A DNA stretch of 64,000 bases from Vicugna vicugna. Its lineage: Eukaryota. The translations under genes were made by a program, and so were the position numbers. The stretch spans positions 744,001 through 808,000 of the forward strand of contig MU062317.1 in NCBI GenBank assembly GCA_013265495.1. The letters run 5' to 3'. Under the pieces are notes generated by a model that was not told the origin of the DNA, did no database searches, and was given only the letters and a program-made list of their open reading frames with translations. How positions within the stretch are numbered: the first letter of the stretch is position 1; each line of letters opens with the position of its first letter. Of the stretch, positions 1-12,100 are shown piece by piece.

Positions 1-512
1 CCCAGAGCCCTCCTACTGGGGGGAGGTGAGGTTTCCGGCTCTCGGGTTCTGTCTGCAGCCGCACACACCGCAGCAGCGCTGGGCGGGTGCGTGGATCGCG
101 GCGGCTCTGAGCCCTCAAAGCAACCCCTCCAGTCTCCTGCCACCGCGGCCCCAGTGGGGCGTTGCGGCCGCCCTCCTGGGGCAGGAGGCCCCGATCCTGT
201 TGCCTCCCCACGTCCAGGCCTGCGGCTGTCCACAGAGGTTGGGGCCGGCAGGGAGGGGGCCCTTCTTGCCTGCCGCCCCTCACACCCGCTGGGTGGTCCA
301 TCCTGGCTGTGTGGGCACCTGCCTCTCCAACTCCCATGGCCCCCCACCCTGGCGTCCCAGTCCTCAACAGGCCGAATGCCCTGTGCTGGGCCCTGTCACG
401 GTCCAGCCGTGACCCACGCCCCCGGGCCTCCTACACTGGGTCCCTGTGACTGCATGACTGCACCCCAGGCCTAGGGCCCTCTGTCTGGTCTTGGTCCCGC
501 CAGCAGGGCCTG

Positions 513-523
513 GCGCGTGTGCG

Positions 524-557
<34 letters not shown>
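513..557. repeat. Compound (GC)n(CA)n microsatellite
   Basis: 45 bp of uninterrupted purine-pyrimidine alternation. Confidence 0.95.
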
Positions 558-829
558 GCGTGCTCAACAAACATCTCCTGAGTGTGGGGGCTCTGTCTGC
601 CCCTGGCCCTGGGACAGCACAGAATCTGAGCGAACTTTCTAGATCCAGCAGAGCAGCAGAGCCTGAAGGGCCACGGGTCCTCCAGTCCCTGGAGGGATCC
701 CATCCCGCACACCCTCCGTGCCACTGCACCCAGACCTTCCGCCTGCCCCAGGACGTCACAGGGAGACCTGCCTTACCCGGCCCCAGCCTGGCCCAGAGCC
801 GCCGAGGTCGCCCCCTTGGCCGTACTCAC

Positions 830-875
830 CGTCTTTGAAGGAGCCCTTGTGTGCGCGTTTCCGCCCCAGTGTCTT
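830..875 (-). CDS. ARHGEF16: ARHGEF16 exon 3 (46 nt; missed by the ORF track)
   Basis: KTLGRKRAHKGSFKD; CACAG|AAG and GAC G|GTGAGT; in phase with exon 2. The DH-PH-SH3 exons lie to the left of the window. Confidence 0.93.
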
Positions 876-2649
876 CTGTGTGGAGAGACACAGAGACACG
901 GGCGGTCAGCGGGGAGGGGCGGGTGTGGGGCTGCAGCGGTCCCTCCACCCGGGCTCCAACGGGAGGCGGCTCTGCTGGGCATGCAGAGGTGCTCAGGAGA
1001 TGTGAGCTCCAGGAGGGAGGAAGGGCCGCCAAGCGGAGGCAAGGGGTGGGATAGGGGCTCAGCACAGGCAGGGCAGGTGACTACGGCTGGGCAGGTCCAG
1101 GACGGCTGCCTAGAGGTGGAGGCACGTTGAAAGGAGATGCTCAGCAAAAGGGCGTCATGACTGTCCTGGAGGGAAGCCGAGGCAGGACAGGTGGGCTGGC
1201 GGACGGCTGAATAGGGACAGTGGGGTGGGGGCTAGGGCCGCAACCCAGGCCCCACGTGTAGGGGACTTGGGGCGGCAGGAAGAGCAGAGCCTGAGCCTGG
1301 GGGGTTACCGGGTTCTATCGCAGGCCCGGGTCCCTGCCCCCGTGGGGGCGGGGCTGCCGAGGCAGGTGGAGGGCGGGGCTCTTGGGGCCCCACCAGGTGC
1401 CTGCTCAGACCCCGTCTCCTCGGCTGGGCCGCACCACTTCCCATGACCTCTTGCTTCCAGGAAAGTAGGAGCTGGTTTCTTGAAACAAGTTGTGGCCTGA
1501 ATGCTCCTGTTGCTGGTCTGAAGTGTGGTGCTCCCGGCTGCATCTGGTGCTGCTCCCCCGCTGCCCTGCACCCCCCAGAGCCCCCATCCCTTCCGCCTTC
1601 TGCCCCGCTGTTGTCGCGGTCCCTCCCCCACCTCGCCCCCACCCTGTGTCCTCGCCTCTGCTTTAACCCTCTTTTCTCCGGGACCCCCTCTTCCTGGGCC
1701 CTGAGCTCCTGGGGAGCCCCTCCTGTGCTCTCTCCACGCCCTGAGCACCCCCAGCCCAGCCCACAGTGCCCTTGCCACCCGCCTGCACCTGCCACCCTGG
1801 GAGCTCTCCTGGGGCCTGTCACCGGGCTCAGCTCCACACCCTGGCACTGGCACCAGGTGCCTGGGGGTCAGGAAATGTTGGCTGGGTGTGGGAGGCGAGC
1901 GTGAGCAAACGATGGACCCTGCAGGCCTGGCCCCGGGCGGGTGCGGAGCGCCGAGGTCCACCGGCGGAACGGCTGGGGCTATGCTCCACCTCCCGGGACA
2001 GGGGTGTCTTTAGACAGAGGACAGTAGCTCGGGACTCCCTGCCTCTGCCCTTCTACGCGCCAGGTGCCAGCATTCTGTGGGGCGGTCTGGGCTTCTCCCC
2101 AGGCCGGGGCAGGGCTCATGGTCAGGGCAGGAGCCTGTGGTAGAGGGGGCCGCCGGCCGGCAACCGCGACCGTGGGCACAGGGAGCCCCGAGCCGGCTGT
2201 CAGGCCGGGCAGGGAGGGAGGGGCTGCAGAGGGCGTCAGATCTGAGCTGCTACCGCCCCTCCTGAGTCCCCCACGACGGGAGCTCAGGCTGGCTGCTGCT
2301 GCAAGGCCACCCCTGAAATCCGTCCTTCAGACAGGCGGCGCCCCCTCAGGTCCCTCCAGGCTCCACTCCCTGCTGCGCCTGAGTCTGGTGTTCTGGGTAA
2401 AACCCTCGACCTTTCCGAGCCTCAGCGGCCTCATCTCTAAAACGGGAACATTCCGACTCTGCTCACAGCCCGGCCGCCGGGCTTAACCGGGATAGGCCGC
2501 CCCAGGAGCCTGCACGAGGCGGGGCTCACTGGACGGCAGCTGCGCGACGCCGGCAGGGAGGTGTGCCCAGGCCGCTCCCTGCGCACAAGCTCCCGCGGCC
2601 CCTCGAGGCACGTCCTTCTCCCCGTTGCCCAGGCAGACGGGCCCCCTAC

Positions 2650-3231
2650 CTTATTTTTGGCTGCGCACCGAGCAGGCTGGCTGGGCTCCTCAGCCAGAGC
2701 CTGCAGCTTGGGGGTGAGCTGGACAGTGTCCCCCTCGCCGCCTGGGGTCCCCAGGCCCTTCATGGCCGCCCGGTAGGACTGGTTCCGCAGGTTTCGTCTC
2801 AGCATCCCTCCGGGCACCATGTCCACGTCCATGTCGTCCAGGGAGAAGCTGGGGGCTGAGAGGAGCCGGGGGTCCCGCCGGGCGGCCTCCTTGCTGAGCA
2901 CGGCTGCCCCGAAGCTCTGATGGCGGGCCGGGGTCTTAGCCTTGCTGGACACGGCCAGGCTCCTGGGGATCAGCTGCTGGGTGCCCATCTTGAGGGCCGC
3001 CGGGCTCTGTGTGCTCAAGACGATGGCCCTCGGCTCCTGGGCCTCGGGGGATGGTGCCGGGGGTGCCGGGATGTCAGGCTGGAAGGCGGCATTGCTCCCG
3101 GCTGGCAGGGAGCCCCGGACCATCGGGAGCCCGGACGCTGGGTTTCCTTTGGCGTCGAGCCGCAGCTCCGAGTGAAAGCGGTATTCCAGGAGCTTCTCCT
3201 CCAAGGAGCTGTCAGAGTGCCGCTGGGCCAT
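2650..3231 (-). CDS. ARHGEF16: ARHGEF16 (Ephexin-4) exon 2, first coding exon
   Basis: [26 protein letters not shown]...[19 protein letters not shown]...[19 protein letters not shown]...AAKNK; ATG in GCC-ATG-G Kozak context, acceptor CCCCAG| at 3250 (19 nt of 5' UTR), donor AAG|GTAGGG; 582 coding nt. Confidence 0.95.
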
Positions 3232-6200
3232 GGCGAGTGGCCGCAGGGTCCTGGGGACAAGGACAGAGATGAGGCAGCCCTCCTGCACACTGGCCCCACT
3301 GCTCTTCTCAGCATCTGCCTTCCAGAGCCCGAGGTACAGCTGCCAGGACTCCCAGCCCATGGTCCCCGGACTCCCCAGGGAGGTGGGAGCGCAGCTGGCT
3401 GGAGGCGTGCAGGGAGGCTGGGGACAGTCTCAGACCTGCAGGGACCAGGCTGCGGGAATCAAGGCAGAGGACAGGAGGCTGGTCGCCAGGGCTCTGGGGA
3501 CCTGGTGGGAGCAGCCTGCTTAGGGGCTGGCCTGGTGAGACACCTGTGTTTCCTCTGCTGGGTGGGACAGGCTCTGTTGGGGGTGCAAGCATGGGGCAGT
3601 GTGGGGTGCATGGGACCTGGACTGGACTCAGCCACTCGGCCTCTTGGCACCATTTTCTCAGGGTCAGTGTGAGGACGCCAAGAAACGCTGTCCGTGCCAG
3701 ACGGCCTGGCTGCGCCCCTGCCCCGCCTCACCCCGGGTTCTGAGCACGCAGGGCCAGGCTTTGCTCTGCGGCTCCAGCTGTATTATCTCCTCCAAATCGA
3801 GAGGCATGGGCTTCATTCTCATTTTGCAGAGAGGCCAGGGGCTGGCAGGACGCATGGGAACAGGGTCTGAACCCAGGCCTGTCTGATTCTCTTGTCTCAG
3901 CCCCGCCTGGGGTGACACCACTGTGTTCAGCCGTCTACACAGCCTTTCCACACGTCCCATGACACACTCACACTTTCCACACGTCTGAACTCAGAACGGG
4001 GCCAACAATCTGTCTCAGGAGCCTTGCCAGGCACCGTCACAGTGTGAGCCACGTGGTCCCGGAGAGGGAGGGGGGTGTTTGCATAGCTCTGCCCCGGCGC
4101 CCACAGCCCCAGGACACACTGTGCTCCAGGGGCGCGGCCGTGGCCTGTGACCGGCGCCCTCTGAGGGCTGCCCACTCTCCCCGCATCCCCCAGATGTTCC
4201 AGCCCATCCCTCCCAGCACCTCATGTCCCACCTCCACCCCTTCTCCCTCTCCATCCTCACCCACCCTCCAGCCCTCGGCCAGCCTGGCAGCCCCACGTGA
4301 CGTGATATCCCCACGTGTCCACCACTGTCCCCCACTTTCCTCCTTCCAGCACAGGTAGGGCTGAGCAAAGGACATGTGTCCCTCCTGGGCAGAAACTTCT
4401 GGAGCCACTGACAGATTCCCTGCCGTGCCCTCCCCCATGGCAGTGATGGCGGGAGCGCACGTCTGAATGGAGCCCCACCAGCCTGGGACCTGAGTGCCCA
4501 GGACGTGTAGGGCCCAGAGACCCAGGGTCTGTAAGCATTTTTGCGGGGCTATTTGTCACTGCAGCATAACCAGGCTCATCCTGACTGTTAGCACATCATT
4601 CGGCCAGGGTGGGTGGGTCCACGGCCACGTGTCACACCTCTGGGCCAGGCAGAGCCACTTACAAGCCTCAAGGGCACCAGCCTCTGACCACTGACCAATC
4701 CAATCTGAGGGTCTGCTCTCCCATCGCCACTGTCACTTCTCCCCACTGCTCGCTGCGCCTTGGTTTCAAAATCTGTAAAATGGGCACAGTAAGAATCACC
4801 CCGCCTCCCGAGGGTGCTGGGAAGGGTGGTGGGCTCATAGGTGCTGGGCATGAGGGGCCACCGAGGGCCATAGCCTTGCAAGACCAAGCTGCATAGAAGG
4901 TCACCTGGAGCCTCAAGGGGAGAGGCTGCCGGCTTAGCACTTTGTAGGATCAAAATCCAACAGGGGGAGAACTCGCTCCTTTAATTCTTTCCCCTTTGAA
5001 TAAAAACCTGGATAGCCACCCTTCATGTGCTTCTGATATACACTTCTTAAATGTTCAAATGCTTCTTAAATGTTAGCATGATCAGGGCCGGGCGAGAGGG
5101 GGAGCCTGTTTTCCAGATGGGGAAACCAAGGCTCCAGGTCATCTGTCCAGGGGCCCAGCTGGGAGGGAGCCTCGCCACCACGTCTGCGCCGACAGATGGG
5201 GAAGGAATGCTGACCGGGAATTTCTCTGGCAGCCCTGCTGAGGGAGGGAGCTACCTGCTTTCTCCCATCTAGGGGGCCCGCAGCGGAAGTGGCAAGGCCT
5301 GGGATGGTGGGTGCCGCCGGGGAATCACCATCTGCCCCAGGAATCACCGGGCGGGTCCCAGCCCGAGCCCGCCTCACGCACAGCCTTGGGTCTGCGTGCT
5401 CGCCCTGGGAGGTTCTAGCTTCAGCCTAGGAATCCCTCTGACGGGAGGCCGGGCAGGGCCGGCGCACGGGGCTGGCCTCGCTCATGGCATGGTCGGAGCG
5501 ACTGCAGGGCAACTGGAGGCCTGGCTCTCTGCCTGGCTCTGTCCCAGCCCATCAGTTTTACGCTAAAACCATCCCAGGAAAGCGTGTGCGGCTCAGCCTC
5601 CCGGGCCCGCAGGGAGGGGCTGCCCACCCGCCCGTGAGCCCTGGCCACCCCCACAGCAGGAGGCTGCCCACGCATTCCTGGGGACAGTCTGAGTCACCAG
5701 GCCGAGGGTGGCAGCAGCCAGCCCGGGCCTCCCAGGGAGCCGGCAGCCGTGGGCAGAGGCCACACCCGCCTGGATCGCCCACCCACGTGAACTTGGCTGC
5801 ACGTTAGCCAGGCCTGGCTGAGAAATGGGCTTCTTTCAGACTGTGTCTGTTTGCACACCGAGCACAATGCACCCAAGTGGGCGGCCGGCCAGGAGACCCC
5901 CCAGTGTCTGAGTCCTTTTATTCTAGCCTCGGCGTATCTGCCACGGGGAGGGCTGACGCTGTCCTAACACGCAGGTGGCACTGAAGGGCCAGACAGTGAC
6001 TGTGGGGCCGTGAGCCCCGCCCGCCCTGTCCCCTCATCCATCCTCCTTCCCCGCCTCCTCCCTTCTTGAGCCCCAGGCCTGAGTCTTCCTGATCCCCTCC
6101 TCTGAGCCCGGCCAGTGGCGCGGCGTCTCCCAGGAGAGGGCAAAGTCTGCTCCCGGCTGGAAGGTGCCAGGTGGAGCCCGTCAGGCCCGCCATGGCTGGA

Positions 6201-6999
6201 CGTGACCTTGGTTCCTCGGAGGGGGCCACACCCACAGACCTGGGCCGCCTCCAACGCGGGACCCAGGCCCGAAGGAGAGGGGCTCTGTGCCAGAGGTGTG
6301 GGCAGCTGCCCGGCTCTGCACGGGCCCCGGGCCCCAGCCTGAGCGGCCCCCGGAGCAGCAGGCATCACAGGGCCACCGTCTTCCTCCTTCCAGTGTTTAG
6401 TTGGTCACACAGCCACCTGGGTGTAGGTTCAGAAGTCAAACAGCACCGAGAGGCTTATCATCGAAGACAGGCGTCCTCTCCCGCACGCCGCCACCCCATT
6501 CCCCGCCAGCCACCACTCTGGGCTTTTCAGCTTCCTCCCAATTTCCAAACCAGGCCCGGCGTGCTCTTTCATGATCTCCCGGCTGTGGGCATCACCGACC
6601 CTCTCTGGCCGGCTGCATGGACGAGACCCCAGCCTCGGCTCGGCCCATCCGTGTGGGTGTTTGTGTTAGCACGGCCCGCCTGCCCCCGCTTCTCGTTAAT
6701 AATTCTCTCTTGTTTACTGGCTGGCCTTCCTCCTGTTAATTTCCTGGGTGCGCCCCAGCCGCCATGCCCTGAGAATGCTGGCCACACAGTGCGCAGGGTC
6801 AAGCGGCTGCCCGCCTTTGCCCAGAGACCCTGTCCTCTCTCCCCGGCACACCCCTCCCTGCTTCGGGGGCAGGAGATCGGCCCTCGGCCCCCACCCTGCA
6901 CACCAGTCCTCTTCTTTCTTCCTTCCCTCCCCTCTGAGCCAGGGCCCGCCCCCTGCCCCCACCCACTGGCATCTTCCCAAGGCCGCGCCACAGGAGGGA

Positions 7000-7620
7000 G
7001 ATCTTTGTCTAAAAATGTCTCCTTTCTGCCTTTTCCTCTGCCGGTAGCCAGCAGAGCTTAGGGTCCCATTTGAGACTAGTTTCTTCCAGAATGGAGAAGG
7101 CTCCTTCCCTTGCCTTCCCACTGCTGCTGAGACATTGGTCTGACTTCTCCTCGCGTCGTGACGGGAGGCTCTCCCTAGCGCCACCGGGGGTGTGGGCTCC
7201 CCGCTTGACCCCCGAGCACTGACAGCCACGGGGATGCGCTCACAGAGACGGAGCCACAGGCTTGTGCATCCTGCCAAGCTGTTCTAGGTCCGCACGCTTC
7301 CCAGTGGTGCTTCTTTGATAGGTCCTCCCACCTCTTTTCTCTGCTCTCTTTCCGGACAGCCGTCTGTGAGCACTGATGCCACTGAGCTGCCCTCCTAATG
7401 GCCCATCTCTCCCCTCCTGCATCCCGCGTCCTCCTTTGTGGGGGGCTCCCTCCGTCCCCCTGAACGGCTCTTGTTCTTCTTGTCCTACGAGGCGCTCTCT
7501 CCTGCTCTTTACTCACCGCAGCCTGTTCTTGTTTCGCGAATGCCATGCACTCTGTCAATGTATTTTCTTTCCAACTAGTTTCTCTCTGCCCCTGGCCCAG
7601 CCACACTTCTCCTTCATCTC
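7000..7620 (-). mobile_element. Old LINE-1/HAL1-like fragment, antisense
   Basis: Pyrimidine-rich plus strand with TTTGTCTAAAAATGTCT and CCTGTTCTTGTTTC motifs typical of antisense L1M relics (recall only). Confidence 0.45.
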
Positions 7621-10371
7621 AGCCCCCTCCCAGGCCCCAGGCTTTCCTCAAACACCGGGTGGTCCTGGTCCTGGTCTGCTGTCAGCTTCTGTTAGGAGAC
7701 AGGCAGGTGCTGGTGGGGGTCCTGTACCCCGAGCGCACACATGGCCTTGTGCTCGGGTTACTCTGCCCAGCCAAGCTCACGACTCGGAGTCACAGGGAAT
7801 TTGGGGCAGAAGCATGCACGTCTGCCTGGCAGACTCTTGGGGACCCCTCACCGGGTCTGGTTCTGGCAGCTCCTCCTCCAGCAGAGTAGCTCTTTCATTG
7901 TCCTCATCGGATGCTGGCCAATGCCTGGTGTCCTGCAGCCAGCACAGGGGATGGGTGAGAGCGTGTGCTCTCCAGGCAGCGATGTCGCTCAGAGAGGCTG
8001 GACACCCTGCAGTGACCACTTGAGTCACAGAGGCAGGTCTGCTCCCCAGCAAGGGGATGCCCCTTGGCAGTGAGGGCTACATGGTGACTGTCTGTCCCTC
8101 TGTCTTCCCCAACGAGTCTGTGCATCCTTTAGGAGCAAGGACGACTTCCTGTTCACGTCCCCACAAACAGTTGGGCTCAATTCCCAAACTGAAGAGGGAA
8201 GGCTGACCTTGTGAGCACCTTCTCTGGGCTTCTCTCCCTGGAAGCACGTCTTCCGGAAGAGGCCCTGCTGCTCTATGTGGAAAATTAACCCGCACGGGAC
8301 TTGGCTTCGAGTGAGCCAAACCCTCCAGGGCAGTGCCACGGGGGCTCCAGGCCTGTCTGTGCCACCGCCCGGCGACACCCGGCTGCTTCTGCTCGGGGCG
8401 GGGCTGGGAGGGCCCCTACCTTTGAGCCCTGGGAACCACAGCACTAGCTTTTTCCTTGGCCCCTAAGCAGCCCACCCTGGGGTCCCCGGCACACATGCAG
8501 ATGCGAGTCAGGGGTACGTGGGACCTGGGTGGGAGGAGTGGTGGGCTGAGGGTCAGAGGTGGAGGCAGAAGGGCTTCCGGTGGCCTCAGGTGACCCGACC
8601 CAGCTTGTCTGGTCCTGAGCTGCACTTGGCTGCACCCTGGCTGTGTTTCGGGTCGCCTGGTCCAGGGGGTCCCATGCAGCCCAGCCCCCCAGAGCCCTGG
8701 TTCTTCCGGGTGGATGGGCTTCCTGGGGCCCCAGTGGGCTCAGTGCCATCCCTCCTGCTCCCCCGAAGAAGCACAGTCCCCCTGGCGTGGGCCTGTGGCC
8801 CTGGTCTCAGCTGCTGTCACAGACACCAGGACCCAAACTGCACGGAGCTTAGGACCCACTGCCCCTCGGGTGAGGTCACCCCGACACCTCCATCCTTGGG
8901 GCACCTCTGTCCCTCTAAGGTCTGGTGGACTTGACCCTGCCTGGAGGGGCTCAGTCCGCCTGGCATCGTGTGTCCAGGTTCATCTTTGCTCGGGCACGCT
9001 GGACCCACAATGACGGCCTTGTGCTCGGGTGACTGCCCGGCCAAGCTCAAGATGTGGAGTCGCGCGGACGGCGGGGCAGGATTTGGCTTCGGAAAACACA
9101 CGGCACGCAGCAAACGGTTTCGTTTGCAAAGCGGTGGGGGGCAGCTGGGGGCTCTCCACTGAGGTGCCTTGGCCCCCTCAGGGGACACTCAACAGTGTCT
9201 GGAGACAGTGGTCACAGCTGGGGCCGAGCTACTGGCCTCTTGTGCGTAGGGCCCAGGGGTGCTGCCCAGTGCTTTACGGCGCACAGGGCAGCCCCACAAG
9301 GGATGATCTGGAACAAACGTCCCCAGGGCTGAGCTGGAGAAACCTCAGCTTAGCTAAGCGCAGACTCACCCGCCAGCGTCGGGGTCGGGAAGACCCACCG
9401 GCCGCCCGCGGCCCGGGACGCAGCCTGGCAGCCGGCAGTGCTAAGCCCTGGGCTCCCCCTTTGGACAAGGGCTCCAGGCCCCCGGTGGGGCGGTCATCAC
9501 AGAGACCACCCTCCTGGATCAGCCCGCGGTGCCCACCCGTCCAGGCCCCTCCGTGGCTTCCTGCTCCCGCCTCTGAGTCCAGACGCCCCATAAGCCCAGC
9601 CGCTTTGCCAGGCTTGGCTGGCACACAGGGATGGGGAGTCAGAGCCCTGACTCCACAGGTGGCCTGCACAGATGACCCGCGGTGTCCTCCACACACTCTC
9701 TCGTCCACTGTGTCCTCAGCCCCTCACTGCTCTTCTGGAAGGAGGGTGCTTCCCCTCTCTGCCAGGTGAGAAGCAGGTGCAGAGGGAATGTGACCCCTGC
9801 TGGGGTCGGGCAGCGGGCAGCAGAGAGCTGGGTGGGGAGCCAGGCCCCGTCTGACCTAGACCACTGCCCCAACGCCAGCGGGGTGAGTGGCGACTCTCAC
9901 TGGAAATAAAGACGCTGGGACAGGTGGCCGGTCACCCGAGCACGGACGGTAACTCCCACAGGCGAAGGAGACAAGCAGCTGAGACCCACTCAGAAACTGA
10001 AACTAAAATTCCGGGAGCCAGACGCGGGGAGCGGCTGTGCCCGTCAGACCAGGCACAGACTGGCATCTCAGGGGCCCCGGCAAGCTGCCTCATGCCACTT
10101 CACCTCTGTGCCTTGTTCCCTTCCGTGCAGGGTCGGAGACACCCCCCAGGAACCAGAGCCCCTGGGGAAGAGGGATGTCCCCCCTGCCCCCACACACGGT
10201 CCTTCCTGCAGGTGTCCAGGCGGGGGGGGAGGGGCCCCTGCCAGGAGGCCTCGGGGGAGCCCTGGCCTGTGCCCACGATCTACCCCACAGAAGTTTTCAT
10301 CTTTTGTGGCCTGTGGGCATCGTCAGAGCAGCGACCAGAACAGAAAGGAGCCCCAGCTGAGTCAGCATCCT

Positions 10372-10470
10372 CTAACTACTCTCATTTTACAGAGGTGGAA
10401 ACCGAGGCCCAGAGGGCTGAAGTCACTTGCCTTAAGTCACACAGAGCCAGGATTTGGACCTGGGGACCCC
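10372..10470 (-). mobile_element. MIR SINE core fragment
   Basis: CATTTTACAGAGGTGGAAACCGAGGCCCAGAG...ACTTGCC.TAAGTCACACAG matches the MIR core. Confidence 0.75.
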
Positions 10471-11149
10471 ACCCCTAAGCACTAGGCAGCAGGGGTGCAG
10501 GCAGACCGGTGTACAGAGTCAGGGGTGCTCCAGTCCGTCCCAGCCAGACCCGCAAGCTGCTTTGCCTGGCCTTGGTTGGCCTGACAAGCACCCCTTAACC
10601 CCTCACCAGGAGGTGCAGACTGTCCACCTCAAGGACAGAGGAAGGAATCAGGCCGTCTGGGCTCCAGGTGGGAAGGGGAGCTCCCCAGCGCCCCCGCCCC
10701 CACGCCAGAGAGTGGACTGAGGCCCACCCACATCTCGGAAAGGAGCCTTGCTTCCCAGATGCAGAAGCGGAGGCTGGGCAGACAGACAGGTGTCCCAGCA
10801 GCAAGGGGAACCCGCAGCTTCGGGAGTCGGGAGTCGAGCCCCACCCTCCTCCCTCCCCTCTCTCTCTCGGCTCAGGCAGAGCAGGACCCCTTCCCTGCTG
10901 GGGGCTGCTCCCCACGGTGGGCGAGGAGTTCCTTCTCCATTTGCTGTGGGGAGGGCTCCTCATTCTTGGGGCTGCTAACTCTTGTGCCGAAGCAGGTTTG
11001 GGCAGCAGATTCTCCAGGGTTTGGGGAGAGTTCTTTATTGCCCCTCCCCCCTTTTCAAAGGCCCTGGGGCTCCCTAAAGATCTCTCAGCTCCTATGCCCC
11101 GGTGGGAGCTCCGGCTGCAGAGTTCCTCTCCAGGGCCAGGAAGCGTCCC

Positions 11150-12100
11150 CTAGGGCTCAAAGGAGGGTAGGGGGCGGACGGACGCCGGGAAGCTTGAAGC
11201 CCGGCAGTGGAGGAGGGGAGGAAGTTCGGGGGCCCTGGGGCCAGCCAGGCCCCGCCCCCTCCCGCAGCCCCGGCCGCAGCCACCGCGGAGGGAGGGAGCC
11301 GCAGAGTGTCGTGGCCCCCGGGGCGGGGCTGGCGGAAAAGCGCAGGGGACGGAAGGCGCCCCCACGGTTGCCGGCGCCCCTCCAAGGTGTCCCCGCACTG
11401 CCCCGCTCACCCGTCCTTTCCCAGGCTCACCTCTTGGCCCCTCACCTGCCCCCAGGCTTACCTGCGCCGCGGGGCGGAGGACGGAGCTACGAGCGCGGCG
11501 GCCGACGTGGGGCCGGTCCAGCCTCCAGGCTCCCGCCCTGGCGGGGCGGCCGTTCCGGGCCCCGCGCTGGGTCCCGGCCGCTCGGTCCCTCCCTGTCCCC
11601 GCCCCGCCACTTCCTGTGCGGCCCTGCGGGAGGCGGCGGCGCCCTCCGGCCCCGCAGGTGGGCGGCCAGGTGGGCAGGGCGCCAAGGGCCGGGCGGGAGC
11701 GGACTGCGGGGCGCACCCCAGGTACCTGGCCGTGCCGCCTGCGTCACTGTCCCCACCTGGCCGGCCGGCGCCCACGTGGCCCGCGGCCAAGCGGGCTCGC
11801 ACCTCGGAGTCCCGCCGGAGTCCCCTGCGCCCCCTATGTCCACGCCATCGGTCGGGCGTCGCCTGCTGGGGTGCCCCCGGGTGGCCTGCCTTCTCCCACT
11901 GCGACCCTGAATTTCTCCTTATAGGCCTGGCTCTGCTGCCTCCTCTTCCAAGAAGTCCTCCTGGAAGCCGACCAGCCCGCGGGGAGTCTGATGCTTGAGA
12001 GGCTCCGCAGCTGCAAAAACGGCCGCAGCTTCTGGATTTGGAGACCGCGGCCAGAGAGCTGCCCGCGAGCACACCGCGCACTCTGGCCCCTTCGTGTGCA
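11150..12100. promoter_or_regulatory. CpG island / TATA-less promoter of ARHGEF16
   Basis: Dense CpG, several GC boxes (GGGGCGG / CCGCCCC) and an ETS-type CACTTCCTG near 11608. Confidence 0.8.
11462..11610 (-). other. ARHGEF16: Probable non-coding exon 1 of ARHGEF16 (5' end approximate)
   Basis: Consensus donor CAG|GTAAGC at 11462/11461 inside a CpG island, ~8.2 kb from the exon 2 acceptor (similar to recalled human intron 1); no ATG in this stretch. Confidence 0.65.

Noticed and set aside
3251-3360. Apparent N-terminal extension of ARHGEF16 (MGWESW...) in the ORF track
   Set aside because: Lies upstream of the clear acceptor at 3250, so it is intronic; the ATG at 3231 has the Kozak context and matches the recalled protein start.
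10759-11910. 383-aa plus-strand ORF (likewise 29604-30647, 62296-63297 and most other listed ORFs)
   Set aside because: Pro/Gly/Arg/Ala low-complexity translations expected from stop-poor GC-rich DNA and CpG islands; no recognisable domains or splice structure.
11918-11923. TATAAG on the minus strand as the ARHGEF16 TATA box
   Set aside because: About 300 bp from the likely exon 1, weak match, and CpG-island promoters are usually TATA-less; cannot be supported without TSS data.
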